Shown here one piece after another: positions 13,869 through 35,060 of a DNA stretch of 64,000 bases. A model generated the notes under the pieces. That model ran no database searches, had not been told where the DNA came from, and worked only from the letters and a program-made list of their open reading frames with translations. The position numbers and the translations under genes are program-made. Positions within the stretch are counted from its first letter, which is position 1; every line of letters begins with the position of its first letter. Origin of the DNA: the human T2T-CHM13v2.0 reference genome, Homo sapiens; NCBI RefSeq assembly GCF_009914755.1, contig NC_060934.1, one strand, 5' to 3'.

Positions 13869-15114
13869 TAATTACACATGATCCTCAAAATTTTCAAGCA
13901 GTTCACAAAGTATAAAGAAAAAATATACAACCAAAACAGATAATTTAAAAATATCCAAATCATACTGTCCAAAAATATTTCATAAAATTAGATGCCAGTC
14001 TTCTAGACTTATCTTGATGCACAAATACAGATGGATGGAAAAATGGATGGATGAAAGAAAAAATTGTATATAACAGGATTATGCTATGTTGTTTTAATAA
14101 AAACAATGTTATTTTAACAAGAATAAAAGAAGAAAAATGAAGAGAGCTGTTTAACTTTAGCTGTTTCTCTACCACAAGAGATATAAATGCCTAAATTATC
14201 CATGGTTAAAAAAATATGAACATCCAACTGTAAAAGATTGTGGAAGTATTATACTTTTTAAAATTCCACATTGATTTTATAGTGATGATTGAATTCATGC
14301 TAAGAGAGATGGGTCAGTAGCCCTTTAAGTATCCTTTAAGTATGCCTGTCAAGACACCTACCCCCGCATTCCAAGCATACTTACCAAGAGTTATGACATC
14401 TACATTCTGTAATCATGATGTCCCTAGTAGAATTGTCTTAGTTCTTTATTTACATTAACTTATTGCTCACTAACAGTCATTTCTCTGGAGTGTCTCTATT
14501 TCTGAGTGTTTTGTTTTGATTCTTGCCACTAAGTTGGATTTGATCTTGGAGTACTTTTCTTCTTAAGAAGGAATTTCAGTCCTGTAATCTCTGAGTGTTT
14601 TGCATGCCAGGGTCACACTTTCACTCTCTCAGCAAGTTTTAGATGTTGCACCACTGGTTTCTACCGTCGGGTACAGCATACTTTTTAAATTACATAGTGC
14701 CATTCTTTTTCATTTGGCTAGATTTCATCATTGGGTAATTTTATTCCTAGACTATCCACCCCGAAAAAAGAGCTAAAAAGTGTATGTCAAGTTATATTTG
14801 AAAATGTCTTCATGTTTCTCCTCTACTTGAATAACAGCTTGGCTTATTGTTATGTTCGTATGTTTTATTTTTTTCTGCAATGTTTAAAGACATAGTTCCT
14901 TTATCTATTATAGAAATCAGAGATTCCTTTGTCTTTTGTTAACCTCAATCATTATTTATGTGTTTGTATATTTTACCACAAGATGTATTACAAAAATAGA
15001 GAAAAACACATCACATACCTGATATAATCAACACTCACCTTTAGCAACTTTTAGTGTTTTGATTTATTTACTTTGAATATCTTTGTTCCATAAAACATTC
15101 AAAGTAAATAAAGA

Positions 15115-15461
<347 letters not shown>

Positions 15462-15485
15462 TCACCTAAGATGGTGCACCTTCTT

Positions 15486-15718
<233 letters not shown>

Positions 15719-15749
15719 TAGGTGTACATAAGTACACCATCTTAGGTGT

Positions 15750-17424
<1,675 letters not shown>

Positions 17425-17491
17425 AAAAATACTTAATTTAGAAGAATGTATAACTAGAATAACCAATACAGAGAAGTGCTTAAAGGAGCTG

Positions 17492-18238
17492 ATGGAGCTG
17501 AAAACCAAGGCTCGAGAACTACGTGAAGAATGCAGAAGCCTCAGGAGCCGATGCGATCAACTGGAAGAAAGGGTATCAGCAATGGAAGATGAAATGAATG
17601 AAATGAAGCGAGAAGGGAAGTTTAGAGAAAAAAGAATAAAAAGAAATGAGCAAAGCCTCCAAGAAATATGGGACTATGTGAAAAGACCAAATCTACGTCT
17701 TATTGGTGTACCTGAAAGTGATGGGGAGAATGGAACCAAGTTGGAAAACACTCTGCAGGATATTATCCAGGAGAACTTCCCCAATCTAGCAAGGCAGGCC
17801 AACGTTCAGATTCAGGAAATACAGAGAACGCCACAAAGATACTCCTCGAGAAGAGCAACTCCAAGACACATAATTGTCAGATTCACCAAAGTTGAAATGA
17901 AGGAAAAAATGTTAAGGGCAGCCAGAGAGAAAGGTCGGGTTACCCTCAAAGGAAAGCCCATCAGACTAACAGTGGATCTCTCGGCAGAAACCCTACAAGC
18001 CAGAAGAGAGTGGGGGCCAATATTCAACATTCTTAAAGGAAAGAATTTTCAACCCAGAATTTCATATCCAGCCAAACTAAGCTTCATAAGTGAAGGAGAA
18101 ATAAAATACTTTATAGACAAGCAAATGCTGAGAGATTTTGTCACCACCAGGCCTGCCCTAAAAGAGCTCCTGAAGGAAGCGCTAAACATGGAAAGCAACA
18201 ACCGGTACCAGCCGCTGCAAAATCATGCCAAAATGTAA
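17492..18238 (+). pseudogene. ORF1: L1 ORF1p, N-terminally truncated (about residues 91-338 open)
   Basis: 248-aa ORF MELKTKARELREECRSL...QNHAKM with REKG, ARR and YPAKLS motifs. The 5'UTR and about 70 N-terminal codons are missing. Confidence 0.92.
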
Positions 18239-18277
18239 AGACCATCGAGACTAGGAAGAAACTGCATCAACTAATGA

Positions 18278-22129
<3,852 letters not shown>

Positions 22130-23271
22130 ACAATGAGATCACATGGACACAGGAAGGGGAATATCACACTCTGGGGACTGTGGTGGGGTCGGGGGAGGGG
22201 GGAGGGATAGCATTGGGAGATATACCTAATGCTAGATGACACGTTAGTGGGTGCAGCGCACCAGCATGGCACATGTATACATATGTAACTAACCTGCACA
22301 ATGTGCACATGTACCCTAAAACTTAGAGTATAATAAAAAAAAAAATAAATAAAATAAAAAATAATGCTGTAAAGAGAGAGGAACAGAGACAGGGAGAGTA
22401 AATTTAAAAAAAAAAAATACTTAATTTTATGTACTAAAATTTTTAATCCTTTCTTTTATTATTAGTGTTCTTTCCTGTTTAAAACATCTGTGCTACCTCA
22501 ATCTGACAAATATATTCTGTGATTTTTTTCTAAAAGGTTGATTGTTTTGCCTTTCATATTTAGATCTATAATCTATCTTGAGAATCAAGACTATTTGTAT
22601 GATATAAGGTAGTGATCAAGTATTTTTTTCTTTTAACACATGAATATTCAATAATTCAACACCATTTATTAAAAAGACCATTCTGTGATATAATCTTCCC
22701 CATAGACAAAGTACCCATATATGTGTGGGCCTGTCTTGGGCTCTTTATTGTGTTCCATCAGTCTATCTGACTGTCCTTAAATACAAGCACATTATCTTAA
22801 CTAATGTAACTATATAAATACTTGATGTTCATTAGTACAAGTTTTCTAATTATGTTCTTTTCACTATTCATAGCCCTTTGAAATTCCATGTTTATTTTAT
22901 TTATTTAATTTTTAAAAATTTCATTAGCTGTAGAGGTACAAGTGGTTTTTAGTTACATGGATGAATTGTATCGTGGTGAAGTCTGGGTTTTTACTGTACC
23001 CTTCACTCAAATAGGGTATATTGTACCCCACAGGTAATTTTTTATCTCTCACCCACCTCTCACCATCCCCATTTCTGAGTCTCCAGCGTACATTATACCA
23101 CTCTGTATTCCTTTGCATACCCATAGCCTAGCTCCCACTTATAAGTGAGAACATGTGGTATTTGGTTTTCTGTTCCTGTTTTTTTACTTAAGATAATGGC
23201 CTCTAGTTCCATTCAAGTTACTACAAAATATATTATTTCGTTCTTGTTTATGGCTGAATAATATAACATGG

Positions 23272-23284
23272 TGTGTGTGTGTGT

Positions 23285-23334
<50 letters not shown>

Positions 23335-23335
23335 C
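23272..23335. repeat. (TG)n(TA)n compound microsatellite inside L1PB
   Basis: Read directly from the sequence. Confidence 0.95.
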
Positions 23336-23561
23336 ACCTTTTCTTTATTCACTCATCAGTTGATGGACACTGAGGTTGATTCCACATCTTTGCAACTGTG
23401 AATTGTGGTGTAGTAAACATATGTGTGCAGGTTCCTTTTTGATATAATGACTTCCTTTGGGTAGATACCCAGTATTGGGATTGCTGGATCAAATGGTAGA
23501 TCTACTTTGAGTTCATTGAGAAATCTTCATACTGTTTTCCACATAGATTATATTAATTTAC

Positions 23562-23710
23562 ATTCCCCATAAGAAATGGAACAAGACAAGGAGGCCCGCT
23601 TTCACCACTTCTATTCAACACAATAGATGGACAACCTACAGAATGGAAGAAAATATTTTTAAACTATACATCTGACAAAGGACTAATATTCAGAATCTAC
23701 AAGGAACTCA
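23562..23710. repeat. Inverted templated copy of 23976-24124
   Basis: 149-bp reverse-complement match with 5 mismatches. Confidence 0.9.
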
Positions 23711-25550
23711 GTGCATAACCCAGCAGTTTATAAGCATTCGATTTTCACCACATCCACACCAACGTCTGTTGTGTTTTGATTTTTTAATAATGGCCATTCT
23801 AGCTGGGATAAGATGGTATCTCATTGTCGTTTTAATTTGCATTTCCCAGATGATTTTTGATGTTGAGCATTTTTTTATATGTTGGGTGGCCATTTGCATA
23901 CCTTCTTTTGAGAAATGTGTGTTGATTTCATTTGCTCACTTTTCAATGGGTTTGTTTTCTTTTTGTTGAGTTGTTTGAGTTCCTTGTAGATTCTGGATAT
24001 TAGTTCTTTGTCAGATGTATAGTTTAAGAATATTTTCTTCCATTCTGTAGGTTGTTCATCTATTGTGTTGAATAGAAGTGGTGAAAGTGGGCCTCCTTGT
24101 CTTGTTCCATTTCTTATGGGGAATATTTTTAACTTTTTCCTCATTCAGTATTATGTTGGCTGTGGGTGTGTCATATATGGCTTTTGTTATTTTGATGCAT
24201 GTTCCTTCTATGCCTAGATTGTTGATGGTTTTTATCATAAAGGATGCTGGGTTTTATTGAATGCTTTTTCTGTGTCTATTGAGATGATCATATGGTTTTT
24301 GTTTTAAATTCTGTTTATGTGCTGATTTATATTTATTGACCTGCATATGTTGAACCATCCCCGCAACCCTAGAATGATACCCACTAGATCATGATGTACT
24401 GTCTTTTTGATATGCTATTGGATTTAGTTTGCCAGTATTTTGTTGAGGATTTTTGCATCCATGTTCATCAGGGATATTGGTCTGTAGTTTTCTGTTTTTG
24501 TTATATCCTTTCCTGGCTTTGGTATCAGGGTGATACTGGCTTTGTAGAATGCATTAGGAAGGATTCTTTCCTTCTCAATATTTTGTAATAGCTTCAGTAG
24601 GATTGGTACCCATTCTTTGGATACCTGGTAGAATTTGTCTGTGAATCCATCTGGTGCTCTGCTTATTTGCTGGGAGATTTTAAATCACTGATTTAATATC
24701 ACTGCTTATTATTGGTCTGTTTAGAATTTCTGTGTCTTTCTAATTTAAGTTTAGGGGGTTGTGTGTTTCCAGGAACTTATCCATTTCCTAAAGATTTTCT
24801 GGATTTTGTGCATAGAGGTTTTCTTAGTAGTCTTGAATGAACTTTTGTATTTCTGTAGTATCAGTTGTAATGTCTCCATTTTTATTTCTGTTTGAGCTTA
24901 TTTGAATCTTCTTTTTCTTGGTTAATATGAAAATTTATGGTTATCTATAAATATTATCTTTTCAAAGAAATGACTTTTTATTTCATTGATCTTTTCTCTT
25001 GTTCTTTTTTTTATTTGAATTTTGTTTAGTTGTTTTCGGATCTTTGTTATTTCTCTCTTTTTTTTTTGCTAGAGTTGAGTTCGATTTATTCCTGTTTTTG
25101 TTGTTGTTCCTTGAGGTGTGACATTAGGTTGTCAATTTGTGATTTTTCTGTCTTTTTGATGTAGGCATTTGACACTATATACTTTCCTCTTAGCACTGGT
25201 TTTGCTATATTCTAGAGGTTTTGATAACTTTTATCACTGCCATCATTCATTTCGAAACATTTTTAAATTTTACATTTTGCTTTTATTGTTAACCTCCAAA
25301 TCATTCAGGAGTAGATTGTTTAATTTCCACATATTTGCATAGTTTTGAGTGTTCCTCTTGGAATTGATTTCTAGTTTTATTTCACTCTGGCCTGAGAAGA
25401 TGCTTAATATAATTTTGATTTTTAAAAATTTATTGAGACTTGTTTTGTGGCCTATCGTATCTTGGAAAATGTTCCATGTGCTCATAAGAATAATGTATAT
25501 TCTGAAGTTTTGGGGTTGAATGTTCTGTAAATGTCTGTTAGGTCCATCTT

Positions 25551-25875
<325 letters not shown>

Positions 25876-27169
25876 AGGTCATCTTCATCTAGAGTCCAGT
25901 TAAAGTCCAGTGTTTCTTTATTGACTTTCTGTCTTGATGATTTGACTAGTGCTGTCAATGGGGTGTTGAAGTTCCCGTCTCTTTATTGTGCTGCTGTCTA
26001 CCTCTTTTCTTAGGTCTAGTAGTAATTGTTTTATGCATCTTGGAGCTCTGGAGTTAGATGCATATACATTTAGGATTGTTATATTCTTCTTATTGAATTG
26101 ATCCCTTTATCATTATATAATGACCTTCTTTCTTTTCTTTTTTCTTTTTTCTTCTTTCTTTCTTTTTTTTTCTTTCCTCTTGTTTCTTTAAAGTTGTCTT
26201 ATCTGATATAAGAATAGCTACTCCTGCTTGCTTTTGGTTTTCATTTGTGTGAAATATTTTTTCCACGTCTTTATCTTGAGTCTCTAAGAATCTTCATACA
26301 TTAGGTAGGTGTCCTGAAGATAGTAGATATTTGGTTTGTGATTTTAATCCATTCTGCCAATATATATTTTTAAAGTGTAGCACTCAGACTGTTTACATTC
26401 AATGTTAATGTTGACATGTGAGATGTTGTTCTAGTCATTATGTCGCTTTTTACCAAGTTACTTTGTTTACTTTATTGTGTCACTGTTTTATAAGCCTTGT
26501 GAGTTTTGTGCTTTCAATTGTTTTTATTCTGGGGCACATCGACCTTTTGTTTCAATATTTAGGACTTATTTTAGCATTTCTCATAGGCCTGTCTAGTGTT
26601 GACAGATTCTCTCAGCATTTGCTTGTCTGTGAAAGACTTAATTTCTCCTTCACTTATGAAACTTAGTTTTGCTGGTTACAAAATTCTTGGCTGAAAGTTA
26701 TGTTTAAGGAGACTAAAGGTAGGACCCTAATCCCTTCTGGCTTGTAAGATTTCTGCTGAGAATCTGCTGTTAGTCTGATAGGTTTTCCTTTATAAGTAAG
26801 TAAGTTATCTAATGCTTTTGTCTCACTGCTCTTAGAATTCTTTCCTTCACATTAAATTTAGATAGCCTGACGACTATGTCTTGGTGATGTCTTTTTTGCA
26901 TGAATCTCCCAGGGCTTCTTTGAGTTTCTTGTATTTGAATGTCTAAATCTCTAGCAAAACCAGTAACATTTTCATTAATTATTGCCCCAAATAGGTTTCC
27001 CAACTTCTTGCTTTTTCTTCTCCCTCAGGAACAACCTATAATTCTTAGGTTTGGACATTTTATATAAACCTATATTTATGAGAAACTTTGTTCACTTCTT
27101 TTAATTCTTTTTTCTGTATTTTTGCCTGATTGGGTTAATTCAAAATCCTTTTCTGTAAGCTCAGAAATT

Positions 27170-28780
27170 CTAAAATTCCTTAAAAATCAGTTTCTCAGTT
27201 TCTACAAAAAAACAACACTTTGGGATTTTGATTGGAATTTTATTGAATCTATGTATTTATTTGGGAAGAAATGATATCTTTAGAATATTATGTCCTCAAA
27301 TCCCTGATCATGGTGTATCATTCAATTTATTTTAACTTTCCTTAAAATATGTCTCAAAATATTATATTTTTCTTTATAAAAGTCTTCCATATTTTTGCTA
27401 GATTTATTTCTATGTATTTGATATTATTGTTAAATTATAAATTTAAGTTGTAAATTACCAATTTATTCTGGTTTCACTGAATCAGGAATAGATATGTAAT
27501 AACCAAATACTTTTTCAGCATTTGTGAAAATAATCATAATATATATTTCTGTAACATATTAAGTTATATTATTTTAAAATATTGAACCATATTTGTATTT
27601 CTGAAAAAAATTCAAATTGGTTATACTGTATTATTCTTGTAATATGCTTGTGAATTAGGTCTAAACTTATTTTAATTTTGTAGTTTTTAATTTATATACA
27701 TGAGTGAGCTTTTGTGTAGTTTTCTCTTATTGTACAGACTTCAGTGGAGTATGATACCAATGTTATACTTACTTCATAAAATTAATTTGGATTTTTCCCC
27801 TTAAGTCATTATCTAAAATAACTTTTATATAGCTTCTAAATTATTATTAAAGGTTTACCAGGCTTCTTTTATGAAATTTTCTACCTGGAAAATTTTATTT
27901 GTGGCATAGGGGTAAAATTGATATAAATAAAATAGAGGGTTATCTAAAAATATTTATTGATATTACAAAGCCTAAAATTTGCATATGTACTCAAACATAT
28001 ACACTTCTCATTATACATCTTCCCATACATGTTTCTACCAGGTGAATGTATAGGATTTGATCTTTAGGATTTTCAATTCATTCTTTTCTAGATCTTTTTT
28101 ATTTTAGTTTCAATTTTATATTTGAAATAAGAACTGCTTGTGGGACTTTTAAAAAGGTCCCACATTATTTTCTTACTAAGTACTAGTGTTGTTTCCTTGT
28201 AAGCATGGTACATTTTTGGATTTTATTTTTACTTTTTGAAATTTACTGGGACCTTGAAAGTGGTCTAATATATGATCAAGTTTTATAAACATTCTATAAC
28301 TTGAAAAGAAGGTACACTGTTTTTATTTTTAGGGTTTAAAGTTCAAAATAATATATCAATTATTATACCTTTTAAATTATTTTATTTAAGCTTTCTATTG
28401 GTTACAGGAAAAGAGAGGTGAAATAAAATCTAAGGCTAATGTATCTCTGTTTATGCATTTTACTCTCATGGTTGTGATTTATGAAGGTGAATGCTGTGTT
28501 ATTTAATGCATACAATCCAAACAGTTAAGTGTTCATCGTGTATTGGACTCCTTAATCTCATAAAAACTGCCTGTTTTTGTTTTAAGGATTTTTGGCCTGA
28601 ATTCAAAGTTATGTGTTATTAAGTTTGTTAATACTACTCTTTTTTATTGTATTTTCCTTGTTTATATATTTTTTTTGTTTTTGAGTTTTCAGAGTCACTT
28701 TGTTTTTAATATGTCTTACATATAGAGCACAGAATTGTGTTTTGGTTTTATTTTTGCCATCCATATCTTTGTATAAACAC
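27170..28780 (-). mobile_element. Ancient L1M fragments
   Basis: gggattttgattggaattttattgaatcta and similar degenerate ORF2 phrases. Confidence 0.5.
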
Positions 28781-29134
28781 TTTGTTATTGAAAATTTTCA
28801 ATCAATCAATCAGCAAAGTTGAAAGACTTTTGCAGTGAACAATCATGGGTTTTGTTTTTAATTCCCATCCGAAATTTTTTATGCCTTAAGAGACAGAGTA
28901 AATTCACTCGAAAACATTGATATATATGCTTGCTTTTAATCTATATTATTCCGTTTTTTTGTTTGTTTGTATTACATAAAATATTTCAATATGTGCTCTT
29001 TTCTCTGTATTTTGATATTGTGATTCTCTTGATATTTAGACAGGCTTGTACTTCTGCTAAAGGAGACTTTCATATCATCCACAACTATGTACTATACAAT
29101 TAAACATGTCTTTTTAAAAATACGTGTTAGTTTC

Positions 29135-29540
29135 TGTGATGGTCAGCTGCAGTGTCAACTTGGTCAGGCAATAGTACCCCGTTATTCAATCACAAATGCC
29201 TAGGTGTTGCTGTGAGGTATTTATTTAGTAGATGTGATTAGCATCTACAGTTAGTTGACTTTAAGTAAAGGAGATTGTCCTTGATAATTTTAGTGGCCCT
29301 GATTCAATCAATCAGTTGAAAGATCTTAAAAGCAGAAAACCTGAGGTTTTCTTTTAAGGAGGAAGACATTTCACCTGTGGACTGCAGCATCAGCTTCTGC
29401 CCAAGAGATTCCATATTTTCCTACAGATTCTGGACCTCCCAAGACAGCCCCACAATCACATAAGCTAATTCTCTGCAATGAATTAATTTAAATATCAGAT
29501 CACTGGTGCTGTTTGTTTCTCTGGTGTAACCCTGAGTATA
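29135..29540 (+). mobile_element. MLT2-family (ERVL) LTR
   Basis: tgtgatgg...gtgtcaacttgg...gttgactttaagtaaaggagatt...gtttctctggtgtaaccctga. Confidence 0.8.
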
Positions 29541-29865
29541 TGTTACCCTAAAATAGGCAATAAATGAGTTAGAAATTTGCTATACCCTCTTCCTTATGTG
29601 CTAGCTGATATTGCATTTCATTATGTATCCTTCTTAGTGTTATTAAAGTTTAGAGAGTGTGTAAGTGTGTACTGAAAAAAAAACTCATTTCTGTAAAATT
29701 GTCTTCTAAGTATACAGACTTTTTAGAGAAGTAAACAGCAGACAGTTAAAAAAAAAAATGCTACTTTATTAGAGCAAAACCAATTTTAATCCCAACAAAA
29801 AAATCACCCAATTGAAAAAAATTAAGTTTCTAATGAATAAAGTAGTAAACAGTACTTACAGTATT

Positions 29866-30004
29866 ATATTTTATTTATTTTACGTTTTAGAGATAGAATC
29901 TTGCTATGTTGCCCAGGCTAGCCTCAAACTCCTGGGCTTAAGTGATCTTCCTGCCTCAGCCTCCTGAGTAGCTGGGACTACAGACACATGCCACCATGCC
30001 CAGC
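29866..30004 (-). mobile_element. Alu monomer (FLAM_A-like)
   Basis: Single-arm Alu, cttgctatgttgcccaggct...gccaccatgcccagc. Confidence 0.85.
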
Positions 30005-30670
30005 GGTAATTATAATATTATTTTTTAAACAAAAAAATGAAGTTAGTTTGAAGAGAGGAGGTATAAGCAAGTGCTGCATTTGCTGGCCCTCAAAGATAGT
30101 GCACAGGGACAAACTGAGCCAAGAAGAAAAATAAGTAGTGGCTTGGCATTGTGTACAGTCCTGTACATGTCTGTGGCTTGCAACATTAATCCACTATTCC
30201 CTGGTGGCTTGGAATATTAGCATGCCAAGAAATATCACACATGAATCAATGTGACTTCCAAAGTATACCATCATCATCACTGCTAATTAATTTCAAATCA
30301 CATATGAGCTAATTCCTATAACAGAAATATGCATTATTGATGATTGTATTTGATTTGTGAGCTTTTAGTGGAACCCTTTGGTCTCCAGCTGTTAAAGATG
30401 AGGAAATCAGCATATTTTACCACCTCTTTTTCCCTTCACTGCTCATTTTTTCTTTGTGTAATTTTTATATTCTTGGAGCATGTATTATTTGCATTTTGTA
30501 CTATCACCCTAATCACCAATCTTGTTTTACTTTTAGTCCTAATTTTATAGTTTAATCTTTGCTATAGGCTCAATACTTAGCATTAGTATCATTGTTAGAC
30601 TCAGACAAATGGGTACACGTCTTTGGCCACTATTTAGAGACTCCTGCTCTGGCTTTCCTCTGTCTGTGCC

Positions 30671-31365
30671 TGTCATGAACTAAATGTTTGTGTCCTCCAC
30701 AAATGCATATACTGAAGCCGTACACCCAAATGTGATTGTATTTGGAAGTGAGGCCTTTGGGAGGTAAGTGCGTGCAGATGAGGTCATGATAGGCCCCCCC
30801 ATGATAGGTTTGGTGACTTTTCTTCTTCTTTTTTTTTTTTTTTTGAGATGGAGTCTCACTCTGTCGCCCAGGCTGGAGTGCGGTGGCGTGATTTGGGTTC
30901 ACCACAAGCTCCTCTTCCCAGGTTCACGCCTTTCTCCTGCCTCAGCGTCCCGAGTAGCTGGGACTACAGGTGCCCGCCACCACACCCGGCTAATTTTTTT
31001 GTATTTTTAGTAAAGACGGGGTTTCACCGTGTTAGCCAGGATAGTCTTGATCTCCTGACCTCGTGATCTGCCCACCTTGGCCTCCCAAAGTGCTGGGATT
31101 ACAGGCATGAGCCACTGTGCCCGGCCCAGGTTTGGTGACTTTTAAGAAGAGGGAGAGAGACCAGTGCTCTCTCTTTCAACCATGTGAGGACACAGTGAGG
31201 AAGCAGCCATCAGCAAGACAGGAAGAGAGCCCTCACCAGGAACTAAATCTGCCAGGTCCTTGATCTTGGACTTCCAAGCCTCCAAAACTGTGAGAAACTC
31301 ATATACGTTGTTTAAGCCGACCAGTCTATGGTATTTTGTTGTAGCAACCTGAGATGACTAAGACA
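30671..31365 (+). mobile_element. MLT1A-like LTR interrupted by AluY
   Basis: TG...CA termini (tgtcatgaactaaatgtttgtgtcc...gactaagaca). 5-bp TSD gtgcc/gtggc. Confidence 0.85.
30822..31127 (-). mobile_element. AluY
   Basis: AluY diagnostics caagctcc, ggttcacgcc and caccgtgttagccagga. TSD aggtttggtgactttt at 30806-30821 and 31128-31143. Confidence 0.93.
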
Positions 31366-32298
31366 GTGGCTCTCCTCATGGGGCAAAGAATCTACAAGGG
31401 CCAAAAGGAAGTGCCCACCACAAACCCACATACTCTCATCTACACCATGTTCTAATCACCAAATACACTAGCATTGTGTGCCCAAATCACTCTGAACTCA
31501 CTTTCTGGGCTTGAAAGCAGCCAGTGTAAAGACACATAACCTTCAAAAGAAACTAATAGGAAAGACAACTGATGTTCACAGAGAAATAATGGCAACACAC
31601 AAACAACAGAATGACGTATTTAAAGTTTTGAAAGAAACAACTGCAACTTTATAACTTGATACCTACCAAAAATATCCTTTAAAAGTGAAGACCAAAATAA
31701 GGACAATTTCTAGACAATGACTAAGAGAATTTGCTGCCAGTAAACCTAGGCTAAATAAATACTAAAAAATATCCTGGAAGAGGAAAAATATCCCAGACAG
31801 GATTAATGCAGGACAAAATGAAGAGCACAACACAAAAGTTAAATAGATGGGTAACGCCAAATGCCTATTGACTGATAAAATAATGTCTTCTGTGGGTTAC
31901 AATACATATTCAGATTTAAAATGCATGATAACAGCTAACCCAAAAAACACTAAAGATGCTAAAGAGTAGATGGAGGTTATCTAAATTCTTAGAATTTATC
32001 TGGAAAGAGGTTAAAGTACTAACTTACATTATACTCTAATAACTCAAGGATGCATTTTGTGATATTTAGGGCAGTCACCAGAAGAATAGGGGGAAAAAAC
32101 CTTTGTAATAAACAAGAAAATAAAGAGGAAAAAATAATAAAAATATTTGATTAAGCAAAAAACTTTGAAGAAAGAGATAAAGAAACAAAAAATAGGTGAT
32201 AAATGAAAAATAGTAAGATGGTAGACATAAATCCAAACATATTACTAACAATGTTACTTGTAATGTGCCTGAATATTTCAATTAAAAGAACAAATATT

Positions 32299-34413
<2,115 letters not shown>

Positions 34414-34865
34414 AAAAGAACAAATATTATTAGGCTGGATAAAAATCAAAACCTTATTACATTATGCTTAGAAAACACAACTGAAGAAACTTATACAGAA
34501 GTTAAAAATAAAGGGGTGGAAAAAATATGGAAAGATTAAGTATAAAAAACCTGGTGTAATATCAGATAAGGAATGAAGCTTTACTAGAAATAATTTCATA
34601 ATGACAAACAAAAGCTCTATTAGCCAGGAAGACAGGCAGATTCCTGTTTGTATGGACCTAAAAATTACTTCAAAAATATGTAAAGCAATAGTTAACAGAA
34701 TTAAAAGGAGAAATAAGGAAACCTGTAAGAAAAATTGGAGAATTTACTGTACCTTTCTTAGTTACTAACAGGACAAGAGACAAAAAAATCACATTCTTTT
34801 CCAGTAGGCATGGAATATTTACCAAATTGTGACAAGTGAACCTTAAGGTTAGTCTCAATAAATCT

Positions 34866-35060
34866 CAGGGTTTCTCATTCTTGGCACGGTTGACATTTTG
34901 GACTAGATAACTCTTTGTTGCAGGAGTGTGTCTTGTGCATTATAGGACTTTTAGCAGCACCCCTGGCCTCTCTTCAGCAGATGCCAGTACCAGCTCCTCT
35001 TTCACAGTTGTGACAACGAATGTCTCCAGATATCGCCAAATGTCATCTGGGGGGCAAACT
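34866..35060 (+). mobile_element. MER20 (hAT-Charlie DNA transposon)
   Basis: ttgacattttggactagataactctttgttg...gatgccagta...gttgtgacaac...tgtctccagatatcgccaaatgtc. Confidence 0.85.

Noticed and set aside
14322-14343. Short tandem duplications (cctttaagtat x2; similar ones near 16287, 54638 and 57813)
   Set aside because: Ordinary slippage-sized duplications expected at background frequency.
22397-22402. AGTAAA as the poly(A) signal of the transduced segment
   Set aside because: It lies only 3 nt from the second A-run, too close for normal cleavage spacing. An AATAAA in the first tail or internal A-priming is more plausible.
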